A stretch of DNA of 64,000 bases from Bacteroidales bacterium (lineage in GTDB: Bacteria > Bacteroidota > Bacteroidia > Bacteroidales > WCHB1-69). The notes below the pieces were generated by a model. The model did not search any database. It worked only from the letters and a program-made list of their open reading frames with translations, and was not told the DNA's origin. Location: the NCBI GenBank assembly GCA_024685175.1, contig JAIKWD010000004.1, positions 3,622 to 67,621 of the forward strand, given 5' to 3'. The first letter of the stretch is position 1; every line of letters begins with the position of its first letter. Below, piece after piece: positions 38,645-47,626 of the stretch. The translations under genes and the position numbers were made by a program.

Positions 38645-39731
38645 CGTCCATTGCATTGCGCAGCGCATTGCCGATCAGCATAAAGGATAAGACCAGCAAC
38701 ATAATGGCTACACCCGGCACGATGGCCAGGTAGGCCTTGTCGAGGACGATATAAGCATAGTTTTCTTTCATCATCATACCCCAGGAAGGCATTGGTGGCT
38801 GAACGCCGAGACCGAGGAAGCTCAAGCCCGCCTCCATCAGGATGGCCGATGAGAAATTGGAGGCCGCGATGACGATGATGGTACCCGTGATGTTGGGGAT
38901 TATATGCTTGAAAATGATGCGGAAATTGCTGTATCCTAAAGCTTTGCCGGATTCCACGAAGTCTTGTTCCCGCAGACTGATGACCTGCCCGCGTACCACG
39001 CGCGCGATGTCCACCCACATTGTCAGACCAATGGCGATAAAGATCTGCCAGAAGCCCTTGCCCAAGGCAAAACTGATGGCGATGACCAGCAGCAGGGTAG
39101 GGATGGACCACACCACGTTGAGGATGAACATCAGCACGTCGTCCACCTTGCCGCGATAGTACCCAGCTATGGAACCAACGGTGATGCCGATGACCAAAGC
39201 GATGAAAATGGAAAGGAAACCTACCGACAAGCTAACCCTTGAGCCCATCATCAACTGGCTCAATACATCGCGGCCGTAGCGATCCGTACCGAGTAGGAAC
39301 TTTCGCTTGACTACTGGCTTTTCAGCAAGGTTTGATTTGGCATAGCTGACCCACTCACGCTGCTCAAAAAGACGGACTCTGACAGAGTCGGAGGTCTCCT
39401 TGTATTGGCTGACGGGGATGGTCTGGTAGAAGGCGGGCTGCCCGAAAAGCATCTTGCGCAAAGGTCCGACTTTGGAAACCTCGGTGGCAGGCTTGACTTG
39501 TAACAACTCCACAGAGAAGCCCGGCTTCCGTAGCGCGATTTCCAGCTGCTGGTGATTACAGTATGGACTGCTGTCTGGGGTGATGAGATATCCGAGAATG
39601 GCCACGATGACAACTAAAAAGATAAATCCTAAGGACAACATGCCTTCCCACTCCTTCTTGAAACGTTTCCAGGTAAGAGCAGACAAAGACACAGAGTTGT
39701 ACTCTTTAGGCTTCTTTCTCAAAAATTTCAT
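38634..39731 (-). CDS. ABC transporter permease (DppC/OppC type)
   Basis: Start moved to ATG 39731, 19 nt after a -7 box. Has an OppC-type N-terminal transmembrane segment plus periplasmic loop, and an EAA-like region (ESGKALGYSNFRIIFKHIIPN). Confidence 0.8.
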   Translation of the reverse strand: MKFLRKKPKEYNSVSLSALTWKRFKKEWEGMLSLGFIFLVVIVAILGYLITPDSSPYCNHQQLEIALRKPGFSVELLQVKPATEVSKVGPLRKMLFGQPAFYQTIPVSQYKETSDSVRVRLFEQREWVSYAKSNLAEKPVVKRKFLLGTDRYGRDVLSQLMMGSRVSLSVGFLSIFIALVIGITVGSIAGYYRGKVDDVLMFILNVVWSIPTLLLVIAISFALGKGFWQIFIAIGLTMWVDIARVVRGQVISLREQDFVESGKALGYSNFRIIFKHIIPNITGTIIVIAASNFSSAILMEAGLSFLGLGVQPPMPSWGMMMKENYAYIVLDKAYLAIVPGVAIMLLVLSFMLIGNALRNAMDVRS

Positions 39732-39749
39732 CGTAACACGTTGAGGCTG

Positions 39750-39757
39750 CAAAAATA
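39750..39757 (-). promoter_or_regulatory. Bacteroidota -7 box TAnnTTTG
   Basis: TATTTTTG, 19 nt before the ATG at 39731. Confidence 0.55.
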
Positions 39758-39834
39758 GAAAATTTATTGGCTGGGATGGGTCGTTGGATTATACAGGTTT
39801 GTTGATGAGCCTTATGGTTGAGGGTGTCCATCTA

Positions 39835-41832
39835 TTATTTTATGATCACAGCTCCCCCGCCGGGTGCCAACTCCAATGTCACCTTGCCGTCAGCGGGAAC
39901 AGCCAGTGTCTTCTTTTGGTAGTCCACGCCCTTGCGATGAGCGTTAGGACCGTCCACATAGAGGGTCATCATGCCTGAAGTGATGCCTAATCCGGAGAGG
40001 TCGACCTCAATAGTGCGAGCGTTCCAGTCGGTGATTGCGCCAACGTACCAGTTGTTGCCTTTGCGTTTGGCCGTCACCACGTATTCGCCCACCTTGCCGT
40101 CCAAGACGCGGGTTTCGTCCCAGACCGTGGGCACCTTGGCGATGAAGTCGGTGCATTCGGGCTCCTGCATATAAGCTGTGGGCGCGTCGCAAAGCATAGA
40201 GAAGGGCGCATCGAAGATGATGTACATCGCCAACTGTCTACAGCGTGTGCCCTGGCTCATAGGCTCGTTCCAACTGGGCCAATAGCAGTGCTTGGCGGCG
40301 TTGCGCATGGCCCCCTGTGTGTAGTCCATTGGACCGGCCAACATTCGGATGAAGGGGATTGTCACATCGTAGGTAACTATATCCACATCACTGCCAATCC
40401 ACTTGCACTGCTCCAGTCCGAAGACGCCTTCGTAGTTCAAGATGTTGGGGTAGGTGCGATTCAGACCCGTGGGCTTGTAGGCCCCGTGGAAGTCGACAAA
40501 CAGATGGTATTTGGCGGCCATCGCGGCCATGCGCTCGTAAAAGTCGACCACGATTTGGTCGTCACGGTCCATAAAGTCGACTTTGAACCCTTTGACGCCC
40601 ATCTCGGAGTAGTGTTTGCACACACGCTCCATCTCCTTGTCCATGGCGGCATAGCCTGCCCACAGCACGATGCCCACACCCTTGGATTTGGCGTAGTTCA
40701 CCAACATCGGGAGGTCGATTTCGGGTACTACTTGGAAGAGGTCGGCCTGTTTGTTTACGGCCCACCCCTCGTCAAGAATCACGTATTCAATGCCTTTGTC
40801 GGCGGCAAAGTCGATGTAATACTTGTATGTGTCGTTGTTGATGCCAGCCTTGAAGTCCACACCCCAGATGTTCCAGTTATTCCACCAGTCCCAGGCCACC
40901 TTGCCAGGTTTGATCCAGGAGACATCTTCCACCTTGGAGGGCTCGGCTAGCAGATAGACGAGGTCGTTGTCCACGAGTTGGCGGTCTTCGGTGGATATGG
41001 CCACGATACGCCATGGGAAGGTGCGTGTGCCGGCGGTGCGGGCGAGGTAGTCCTCGCGCTCTTTGACGCGGTATTGCAGATTGTTGTGGCCGCCTTGCTC
41101 CACACGCTTCGGACGGGGAGCCCAAAGCCCTTTTAGGGCAGCACCGCCGGTGGCTTGTAAGTACATGCCTGGGTAGTCGTGCAAGTCCGACTCTGTAATG
41201 ACCACTTTGCGTCCATCGGGTAATGCTACCATCAACGGCAGAAACGCCAGCTTGCGGGCATCCATGTCCGATAGGTGCTCCAATGAGGTATAGCGGTTCT
41301 CAAAAGAAGTCTCGAAAAGCTTGTCAATAGGCTCACCTGCTTCACGTTCCGCGTTTACGTATGGAATGAGAGTGGGGTAGTCGTCCGCAAATGCAAAAGT
41401 GGCATTTTCGCTTTTGATGTTAATGGAGTCTTTAAATGCCGTCTCAAAACGATAGGCTACGCCATTGTCATAGATGCGAAATACCACTGTGTAATTGCCT
41501 TTGTATCCAATAACAAGTTCGTTGTACTGATCTTGAATAGTACTTTTACGGTATAAAGAGGCACTCACGGTCTTGTCTACGCTTCGACGAAAACCTTTGC
41601 GGATGGACCTGAGCGGCTCGCGGCCGAGCACGATGCCGTTGTCCAGTTCCATACTTATGGGTGATGGAGCTATGATTACTCCTTTGTTGTCAGAAATGGT
41701 GTACTGGATGACCTCACCGCTGAGGTCTACTACTAATTTCAGATTTTTACTCGGAGAGTAAAGGGTCTGGCTGGTCTGCGCGGTGGCGGCGCTAACGAGC
41801 GCCACAAAGCAGATTAAGAGCGTCTTTTTCAT
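39835..41832 (-). CDS. glycoside hydrolase family 97 (SusB-like alpha-glucosidase/alpha-galactosidase)
   Basis: 665 aa. Signal peptide, IEYVILDEGW and GVKGFKVDFMDRDDQ motifs as recalled for GH97. Confidence 0.85.
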   Translation of the reverse strand: MKKTLLICFVALVSAATAQTSQTLYSPSKNLKLVVDLSGEVIQYTISDNKGVIIAPSPISMELDNGIVLGREPLRSIRKGFRRSVDKTVSASLYRKSTIQDQYNELVIGYKGNYTVVFRIYDNGVAYRFETAFKDSINIKSENATFAFADDYPTLIPYVNAEREAGEPIDKLFETSFENRYTSLEHLSDMDARKLAFLPLMVALPDGRKVVITESDLHDYPGMYLQATGGAALKGLWAPRPKRVEQGGHNNLQYRVKEREDYLARTAGTRTFPWRIVAISTEDRQLVDNDLVYLLAEPSKVEDVSWIKPGKVAWDWWNNWNIWGVDFKAGINNDTYKYYIDFAADKGIEYVILDEGWAVNKQADLFQVVPEIDLPMLVNYAKSKGVGIVLWAGYAAMDKEMERVCKHYSEMGVKGFKVDFMDRDDQIVVDFYERMAAMAAKYHLFVDFHGAYKPTGLNRTYPNILNYEGVFGLEQCKWIGSDVDIVTYDVTIPFIRMLAGPMDYTQGAMRNAAKHCYWPSWNEPMSQGTRCRQLAMYIIFDAPFSMLCDAPTAYMQEPECTDFIAKVPTVWDETRVLDGKVGEYVVTAKRKGNNWYVGAITDWNARTIEVDLSGLGITSGMMTLYVDGPNAHRKGVDYQKKTLAVPADGKVTLELAPGGGAVIIK

Positions 41833-41847
41833 ATTATCACTTTAAAT

Positions 41848-41882
41848 TTTGCATTTTGAACTTTGCATTTTGAACTTTGAAT
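41848..41882 (+). repeat. heptamer/14-mer array TTTGCAT TTTGAAC x2 + TTTGAAT
   Basis: A perfect 14-nt duplication that abuts the nuclease stop at 41882. Confidence 0.85.
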
Positions 41883-42718
41883 CACCATCTCCCCAAGTCC
41901 GCTTGGCTCTCAACCAAGTCCTCGATGTTGTCGGGAAGATTGTAGAAGAAGTCTATGCCCGTGGTCTCTTCGACCTTGTCGACGGTGGTCACATAGTAGC
42001 TGAGCGGATGTGATTCGCCATTGTTCGGATAGATGAAACCCAGGGCCTTGGGCTTCTTGCCATTGTACAGCACCACTTTGAAGAAAGCGTCGGGAACGCG
42101 CACCTTGTTGTGTCCCATCGTTACTCTTGGTTTGTCGTCATAGAAAACCGGGCCGCACGCGATGTAGATCTCGCCATACTGCTTGGCCCATCCCCGACAG
42201 CGCGATTCCAGGTACTCCCAGTCGTTTTGGTTCAGTGCCCTGTCCTGCGGACACATATTGGTTAAGAGGAAGGTCTGGTTCATCGCGGCCTTGCTGACCT
42301 TCGCGTCTGCGGCCGGGCACAAATGTCCGTGCGACATTCTGAGGGGATTGCCGTCGCGATAGTCGGAGCCCTCCTGCCGTGGCTTCATCGCCTCCGGATC
42401 GGTCATATAGGGCCCGTTGACCATATTGTCAGACAGCCTTCCGACTCCCGCCACATTGCCGTTCTCGTCGTAATAGGGCACGCCCTTCCGGGACGCCGTC
42501 CCATTCAACATCTCCGACGTCAGCTTCCAAGCTACCCAATTGGGACATTTCGTTTTGTTGTTGTAGGACACCGTATAGACCTCGCGTTGCAATATCTGCT
42601 CCGGCTTTTGGGTGGTCAGCCGAGGCATTTCCAACGATTGCACGTTTTGCGCGACAATATGGCCCACGCTTGAAACGATGCAAAAGATTGTCAATAATAA
42701 AAAAGATATTCTTTTCAT
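41882..42718 (-). CDS. secreted DNA/RNA non-specific endonuclease
   Basis: 278 aa. Signal peptide, catalytic-type RMSHGHLCPAAD and NMCPQ motifs (Endonuclease_NS pattern). Confidence 0.8.
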   Translation of the reverse strand: MKRISFLLLTIFCIVSSVGHIVAQNVQSLEMPRLTTQKPEQILQREVYTVSYNNKTKCPNWVAWKLTSEMLNGTASRKGVPYYDENGNVAGVGRLSDNMVNGPYMTDPEAMKPRQEGSDYRDGNPLRMSHGHLCPAADAKVSKAAMNQTFLLTNMCPQDRALNQNDWEYLESRCRGWAKQYGEIYIACGPVFYDDKPRVTMGHNKVRVPDAFFKVVLYNGKKPKALGFIYPNNGESHPLSYYVTTVDKVEETTGIDFFYNLPDNIEDLVESQADLGRW

Positions 42719-42760
42719 CTATAGGGCGATCATCCCTACGGGATGGAATCAATACGATTA

Positions 42761-42820
42761 TCTATAATCTAAAAATCAAAATTCAAAATCCATTATCTAT
42801 TATCAATTCCTCATTCCTAA
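42761..42820 (-). repeat. degenerate ~7-nt array (TCWAWWW-like)x8
   Basis: Units start at 42761, 42768, 42776, 42783, 42789, 42796 and 42803. The array ends at the GH3 stop (42817-42819). Confidence 0.6.
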
Positions 42821-45159
42821 TTTTCAACCCTTCCTTCAAGTTTGATGTCCACCGACGAGCTTCCCACCATAACGGTAAACTCGCCTGGTTCAACCACCCA
42901 TTGCAGGTCTGCGGTCAGCACGGCGAGGTCTTGCTTGGGCACGCGGATAGTGACTGTTTGGGTCTCACCACGTTTAAGGGACACCTTTTGGAATCCTTTT
43001 AACTGGCGTTCCGGGGTCTTGACAGAAGCCTTTTCGTCGCGCACATAGACCTGTGCCACCTCGGCGCCGTCGCAGTCGCCGGTATTCGTAAGTTGGAAGG
43101 AGATTTCCAACATAGAGCCGTCGGTCCAAGTAGTCGTCAGATTGGAATACTTGAACGTGGTATAGCTCAGTCCGTAGCCGAAGGGATAGAGTGGTTGTGC
43201 GGAGGCGTCGGTGTAGTCGCGGCGCGGGTCGAGGGTGTTGTAGTAGACAGGCAGTTGGCCCACGGAGCGCGGGTACGAGACGGGCAGTCTGCCGGAGGGA
43301 TTGGCGTCACCGAAGAGAATGTCGGCCACGGCCCTTCCGCCTTGTGCACCGGGGTACCAGGCGTTGAGGATGGCGGGTACGTGCTTGTCGGCCCACGATA
43401 GGTCGAGCGGACGGCCCTGGATCATCACGAGCACTACGGGCTTGTCGGTCGCACAGAGGGCTTGCAGCAATTCCTCCTGTCGGCCCAGCATCTTGAGAGT
43501 GGCACGGTCAAAGCCCTCGCCGGCATCCATATCGCTGAGCGCGGGCGAGGAGACATCCGCTGCGCCGGTCTGTTGGTAGTTGGTACGAAAGTCGCGGGCG
43601 CTGGAGCCTCCAAGGGCCACGACGATAACGTCGGCATCCTGCGCGGCGCGCACGGCCCTGTCGATTTCAGCGTTATTGGTGTCGCGGATGTGACAGCCAC
43701 GTACATAGGTCACCTCTGCGTCAGACAACTTCTCGCGAACGCCCTGCAGGATGGTCGTCACGGCACCCTCTTGCTGCGGAGCCGTATAGTCGCCCAGCAT
43801 ATTATATATATTGTCGGCATTGGGACCTATAACCGTCACCTTTTTGATGTCCTTGGACAAGGGCAGTGTATGGTTGTCGTTCTTCAGCAACACGATGGAC
43901 TCTTGCGCGGCGCGGCGGTTCCATTCCGTATTGCGGGACTTCGGCTCGCTGGCAGCCGTATGTTGGAAGGCGTCGTCGAAGAGGCCCATCTTGAACTTCT
44001 CGGCCAGCACGTCGCGCACCAGCTCGTCCACTTGTTCCTCGGACACGAGTCCTTTGCGTACGGCTTGCACCAACGGTTCTCCGTAGCAAGAGGCACCAAG
44101 GTCGATGTGTACGCCAGCTTTGACCGCCAGGGCCGCGGCCTCGGTGTAGTCCTCGGCCATCCGCGCGCTCACGAGTCCGTTGATGGCGAACAGGTCGGAG
44201 ATGACGAGTCCGCGGAAGCCCCATTGCTGGCGGAGCACGTTGCGCAGCAACCAGGGATTGCCGGAGCAGGGGATGCCGTCCACGTCGTTGTAGGAGGTCA
44301 TCACGGAGCCGGCACCATTTTGGATGGCTGTCATAAAGGGGTATGAGAGCACGGAGAGTACCTCACGCGGGCCGACCTGCGCGGTGTTGCCGTTGTGGCC
44401 CCCCTCGGACACGCCGTGGGCGGTAAGATGTTTCAGGGTGGAGACGAGTCCTGCGGATTGCAGTCCGCGTGTGTAGGCGGAACCCATAACTGCCGACAGC
44501 ACAGGGTCTTCGCCGTAAGTTTCTTCCACGCGCGACCAGCGGGGGTCGCGCACAATGTCGAGCACGGGCCCGAAGGCGATCTGTGCGCCCTGGTCGTGAA
44601 CCTCGCGCGACACGTAGTAGCCCAACATATACTCTAGCTCGGGATTGAAGGTTGACGCGCGGCCAATGGCGGTGGGCAGCACCGTGGTGCCGATGGCCAT
44701 GTGCCCGTGCGGCGCCTCCTCGGCGAAAAACAAGGGAATGCCCAATCTCGTGTTAGCACGGTTCCAACGCTGCATCTCGTCGGTCACGCTACGCGACACG
44801 TTGGGTGTGAGACCATTAAACAGCGTCTTCTGCGTCCAGGGATCGGCACGCATCACCGCCCAAGCGCCACCAATCTGACGTTTGTGAACGGCACTCTTGA
44901 ACTTGTCGGTCAGCACATAGCCGCTGTCGGACTTGTCGTAGTATTCCCATCCCATCGTCATTGCCAGTTGCCCCACTTTTTCTTCTAAGGTCATTCGACT
45001 CATCAGGTCGTCTACGCGCTGGGCAATGGACAAATCCGGATTCTCGTAGGTGTCCATACGGCCATTATGGTTAAGGTCTTGGTATAATGGTGCCTGTGCC
45101 CTTACTGGCGTAAGTATGGAAACGAACAACAGAAGGGCCAAGAAAAAACTATTTTTCAT
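42817..45159 (-). CDS. glycoside hydrolase family 3 beta-glucosidase (BglX-like)
   Basis: 780 aa. Signal peptide, KHLTAHG, GLVISD nucleophile region, and a C-terminal Fn3-like domain. Confidence 0.88.
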   Translation of the reverse strand: MKNSFFLALLLFVSILTPVRAQAPLYQDLNHNGRMDTYENPDLSIAQRVDDLMSRMTLEEKVGQLAMTMGWEYYDKSDSGYVLTDKFKSAVHKRQIGGAWAVMRADPWTQKTLFNGLTPNVSRSVTDEMQRWNRANTRLGIPLFFAEEAPHGHMAIGTTVLPTAIGRASTFNPELEYMLGYYVSREVHDQGAQIAFGPVLDIVRDPRWSRVEETYGEDPVLSAVMGSAYTRGLQSAGLVSTLKHLTAHGVSEGGHNGNTAQVGPREVLSVLSYPFMTAIQNGAGSVMTSYNDVDGIPCSGNPWLLRNVLRQQWGFRGLVISDLFAINGLVSARMAEDYTEAAALAVKAGVHIDLGASCYGEPLVQAVRKGLVSEEQVDELVRDVLAEKFKMGLFDDAFQHTAASEPKSRNTEWNRRAAQESIVLLKNDNHTLPLSKDIKKVTVIGPNADNIYNMLGDYTAPQQEGAVTTILQGVREKLSDAEVTYVRGCHIRDTNNAEIDRAVRAAQDADVIVVALGGSSARDFRTNYQQTGAADVSSPALSDMDAGEGFDRATLKMLGRQEELLQALCATDKPVVLVMIQGRPLDLSWADKHVPAILNAWYPGAQGGRAVADILFGDANPSGRLPVSYPRSVGQLPVYYNTLDPRRDYTDASAQPLYPFGYGLSYTTFKYSNLTTTWTDGSMLEISFQLTNTGDCDGAEVAQVYVRDEKASVKTPERQLKGFQKVSLKRGETQTVTIRVPKQDLAVLTADLQWVVEPGEFTVMVGSSSVDIKLEGRVEN

Positions 45160-45170
45160 GAGGAATATTG

Positions 45171-45647
45171 CTAATAAGATGAACGTGAGAACATTTCAAT
45201 GCGCCAATGGTTGCCATCCTCGTCATCGTACTCGTAAATGAGTTCCTTGCGGGATAGCTTTTGTACGGCTGCTACGTATTGGTATTTTTTACCTAGGATA
45301 TGAAAAGAGATGACGAGATCTTTGTAGTTGTTTTGAAAATACCAATTGCCAGTGGTGGAGTAGCGCACGTCACCATTGTAGTATACCATAACCTGCATTA
45401 CATAGTCGGCATAAATATAATAGAATGTGCCTATGTTGTTAGCCAAAGATCCTGTAGCTTCAATGGCAGAGCTGTGTGTGGAGTCAATTTCAGTGCCGTT
45501 CAAATAAGTGTGTCCTATCTGCCAGGAACCGATAATACGGTATTCTGGGTTGTGGAGGCTGAATACCGGTTGGGGGTATCGACAGGAAGTACACGTTACG
45601 GCAGCTAGGCCAAGCATTGCGACAATCAGATATTGTGTAAATCTCAT
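45171..45647 (-). CDS. small lipoprotein, lipocalin-like?, function unknown
   Basis: 158 aa. Lipobox-like VTCTSC and a beta-rich sequence. Sits 9 nt downstream of cobB. Confidence 0.5.
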   Translation of the reverse strand: MRFTQYLIVAMLGLAAVTCTSCRYPQPVFSLHNPEYRIIGSWQIGHTYLNGTEIDSTHSSAIEATGSLANNIGTFYYIYADYVMQVMVYYNGDVRYSTTGNWYFQNNYKDLVISFHILGKKYQYVAAVQKLSRKELIYEYDDEDGNHWRIEMFSRSSY

Positions 45648-45655
45648 ATTGGATG

Positions 45656-46345
45656 TTAAGCTTGTTTTTTAAGTTCTTCGAAAAGGCTTTTCATGCCGAC
45701 GGTGGCCTTCTCTTTGATGAACGTCACCTTACGGGAGATGGGTTGAACATCTTTAGGGTCGATAACGTAGATCTTGGCGTTGGCTGGAGCATAGTAGAGT
45801 AGACCGGCTGCTGGGTAAACATTGAGAGAGGTGCCGATGATGATGAGTATGTCGGCCATCTCCACTTCACGGGCGGCATCTTCGAGCAATGGCACGGCTT
45901 CGCCGAACCATACGATGAAGGGACGCATGCGATAGCCGTCGGGTGTTTTCTCATTATGGCCTATAGGACGGTAGCCGATGTCTTGGACATACTTCTTGTT
46001 GTTCTCGCTGCATGCCTTGGTAGCTTCGCCGTGCAAGTGGATGATGTGGGTCGAGCCGCCGCGCTCGTGCAGGTCGTCGATGTTCTGCGTCACGACGGTG
46101 ACGTCGTAAAACGCTTCGAGAGCAGCCACGAGTTTGTGGGCGTCGTTGGGACCGGTCTTGGCCAATTCGGCACGACGAGCGTTATAGAAGTCAGTGACCA
46201 AGTCGGGATTGCGGTACCAGCCGTCAAGGGTGGCCACCTCCTCCACATTATAGTTTTCCCAAAGACCGTCGCTGTCGCGAAAAGTCTTGATGCCGCTTTC
46301 GGCACTGATACCTGCACCGGACAATACTACGAGTTTTTTCTTCAT
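45656..46345 (-). CDS. cobB: NAD-dependent protein deacylase (Sir2/CobB family)
   Basis: 229 aa. Contains GAGISAESGIKTFR, QNIDDLH, and catalytic HLHG. Only one Cys is present, so there is no Cys4 zinc site. Confidence 0.8.
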   Translation of the reverse strand: MKKKLVVLSGAGISAESGIKTFRDSDGLWENYNVEEVATLDGWYRNPDLVTDFYNARRAELAKTGPNDAHKLVAALEAFYDVTVVTQNIDDLHERGGSTHIIHLHGEATKACSENNKKYVQDIGYRPIGHNEKTPDGYRMRPFIVWFGEAVPLLEDAAREVEMADILIIIGTSLNVYPAAGLLYYAPANAKIYVIDPKDVQPISRKVTFIKEKATVGMKSLFEELKKQA

Positions 46346-46384
46346 ATTGATAACCTGTTTAGTTGCTAAGTTGTGAATGAAAAT

Positions 46385-46419
46385 GCTATCCGCTACCCGC
46401 TATCTGCTGTCTGCTACCT
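46385..46419 (-). repeat. heptamer array (GCTRYCY)x5
   Basis: GCTATCC GCTACCC GCTATCT GCTGTCT GCTACCT. On the minus strand it reads RDTAGCR units directly after the pfkA stop. Confidence 0.9.
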
Positions 46420-47525
46420 TACTCATCTCCAAAGCAGATGCCGACGCTACGGGCGGTGTGTACAAGGAAGTCCTTGTCGGGTTGCACAAGGTGCGGTTCC
46501 TTGAGTGCTTCTTCCAGTGGGACGCTATGAATGTTAGGCTGTCTGTAGACGACAAGTTGTCCGTATTGGTGGTTTTTGACCAGTTCGAAAGCCTTGACGC
46601 CGAATTCGGTGGCGAGGATGCGGTCGTAGGCCACAGGGGTGCCGCCACGTTGGAGATGTCCGAGCACGGTGACGCGCACATCATGCTCGATGCCGAGGTC
46701 AATGAGTTCTCGGCGGAGTACGTCGCCAACGCCACCCAGCTTAAAGTGACGGTCGCCGACAGCCTCCGGAGCACTGCCTGTCACTAAGCCGTCGGCCTTC
46801 TTGGCGCCTTCGGCGATGACGATGTTGCAGAAACCCATGCCGTTCTTGTAGCGGGTCTCGATCTTTTTGACGATATTTCTAGGGTCGTAGGGGATTTCAG
46901 GGATGATACAGACTTCGGCTCCACCCGCCAATGCGGTATGCAGGGCAATCCAGCCAGCATCACGCCCCATCACCTCCATGATGAACACGCGGTTGTGACT
47001 CTCGGCAGTGGTCACTAGCTTGTCGAAGGCCTCCGTGGCGATCTGCACGGCCGTCTGGAACCCGAACGTGAAGTCGGTGCTTGACAAATCGTTGTCAATG
47101 GTCTTGGGCACGCCCACCACGTTGATGCCGATCTTTTGCAAAGCCAAAGAAATACCTTGGGAGCCGTCTCCTCCGATGTTGATGACGGCTTCGATGCCAA
47201 GCTCTTCCACACGCTTCTTCATTAGCTGGGAACGGTCTTCGATGATCCATGAGCCATCAGGTTGTTTGACGGGAAAATGGAATGGACCGCCACGGTTGGT
47301 GGTCTTGATGATGGTGCCGCCTTTCACGTGTAGGCCGGACACCATTTCTTCGGTGAGCTCCATGAGCTCTATGTTGTCTTTGAGGATGCCGTTGAAGGAT
47401 TCTATGCATCCATAAATCTTCCACTCCTCGGGTTCGAGGCTCGCGCGTTTGACGATGCCGCGGATGACCGCATTGAGGCCTGGGCAATCGCCGCCACCAG
47501 TGGCTACTAGTATCTTATGAGACAT
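46419..47525 (-). CDS. pfkA: 6-phosphofructokinase
   Basis: Start moved to ATG 47525 (MSHKILVATGGGDCPGLNAVIRG), 22 nt after a -7 box. Contains IGGDGS and PKTIDND. Confidence 0.9.
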   Translation of the reverse strand: MSHKILVATGGGDCPGLNAVIRGIVKRASLEPEEWKIYGCIESFNGILKDNIELMELTEEMVSGLHVKGGTIIKTTNRGGPFHFPVKQPDGSWIIEDRSQLMKKRVEELGIEAVINIGGDGSQGISLALQKIGINVVGVPKTIDNDLSSTDFTFGFQTAVQIATEAFDKLVTTAESHNRVFIMEVMGRDAGWIALHTALAGGAEVCIIPEIPYDPRNIVKKIETRYKNGMGFCNIVIAEGAKKADGLVTGSAPEAVGDRHFKLGGVGDVLRRELIDLGIEHDVRVTVLGHLQRGGTPVAYDRILATEFGVKAFELVKNHQYGQLVVYRQPNIHSVPLEEALKEPHLVQPDKDFLVHTARSVGICFGDE

Positions 47526-47546
47526 AGATGTTGTTTTTAGTGGCTG

Positions 47547-47554
47547 CAAATATA
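47547..47554 (-). promoter_or_regulatory. Bacteroidota -7 box TAnnTTTG
   Basis: TATATTTG, 22 nt before pfkA. Confidence 0.55.
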
Positions 47555-47587
47555 CAAAAAATGATGTAGTGCATGATCTATTTTTTA

Positions 47588-47595
47588 TATCTTTG
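47588..47595 (+). promoter_or_regulatory. Bacteroidota -7 box TAnnTTTG
   Basis: TATCTTTG, 32 nt before the SDR gene. Confidence 0.55.
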
Positions 47596-47626
47596 CCATC
47601 TTTATTATGCCAAAATCTATCTTGTT

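Noticed and set aside
39835-45159. Polysaccharide utilisation locus (PUL).
   Set aside because: GH97 and GH3 are present, but no SusC/SusD pair or regulator lies within the window, so a PUL cannot be supported here.
41882-46345. Sir2-domain protein plus nuclease as an anti-phage defence system (Thoeris/DSR/SIR2-HerA-like).
   Set aside because: The sirtuin is a short (229-aa) CobB-type enzyme with no fused or adjacent effector, sensor, TIR, HerA or helicase gene. The nuclease is a signal-peptide-bearing Endonuclease_NS type separated from it by GH3 and a lipoprotein gene. There is no operon link.
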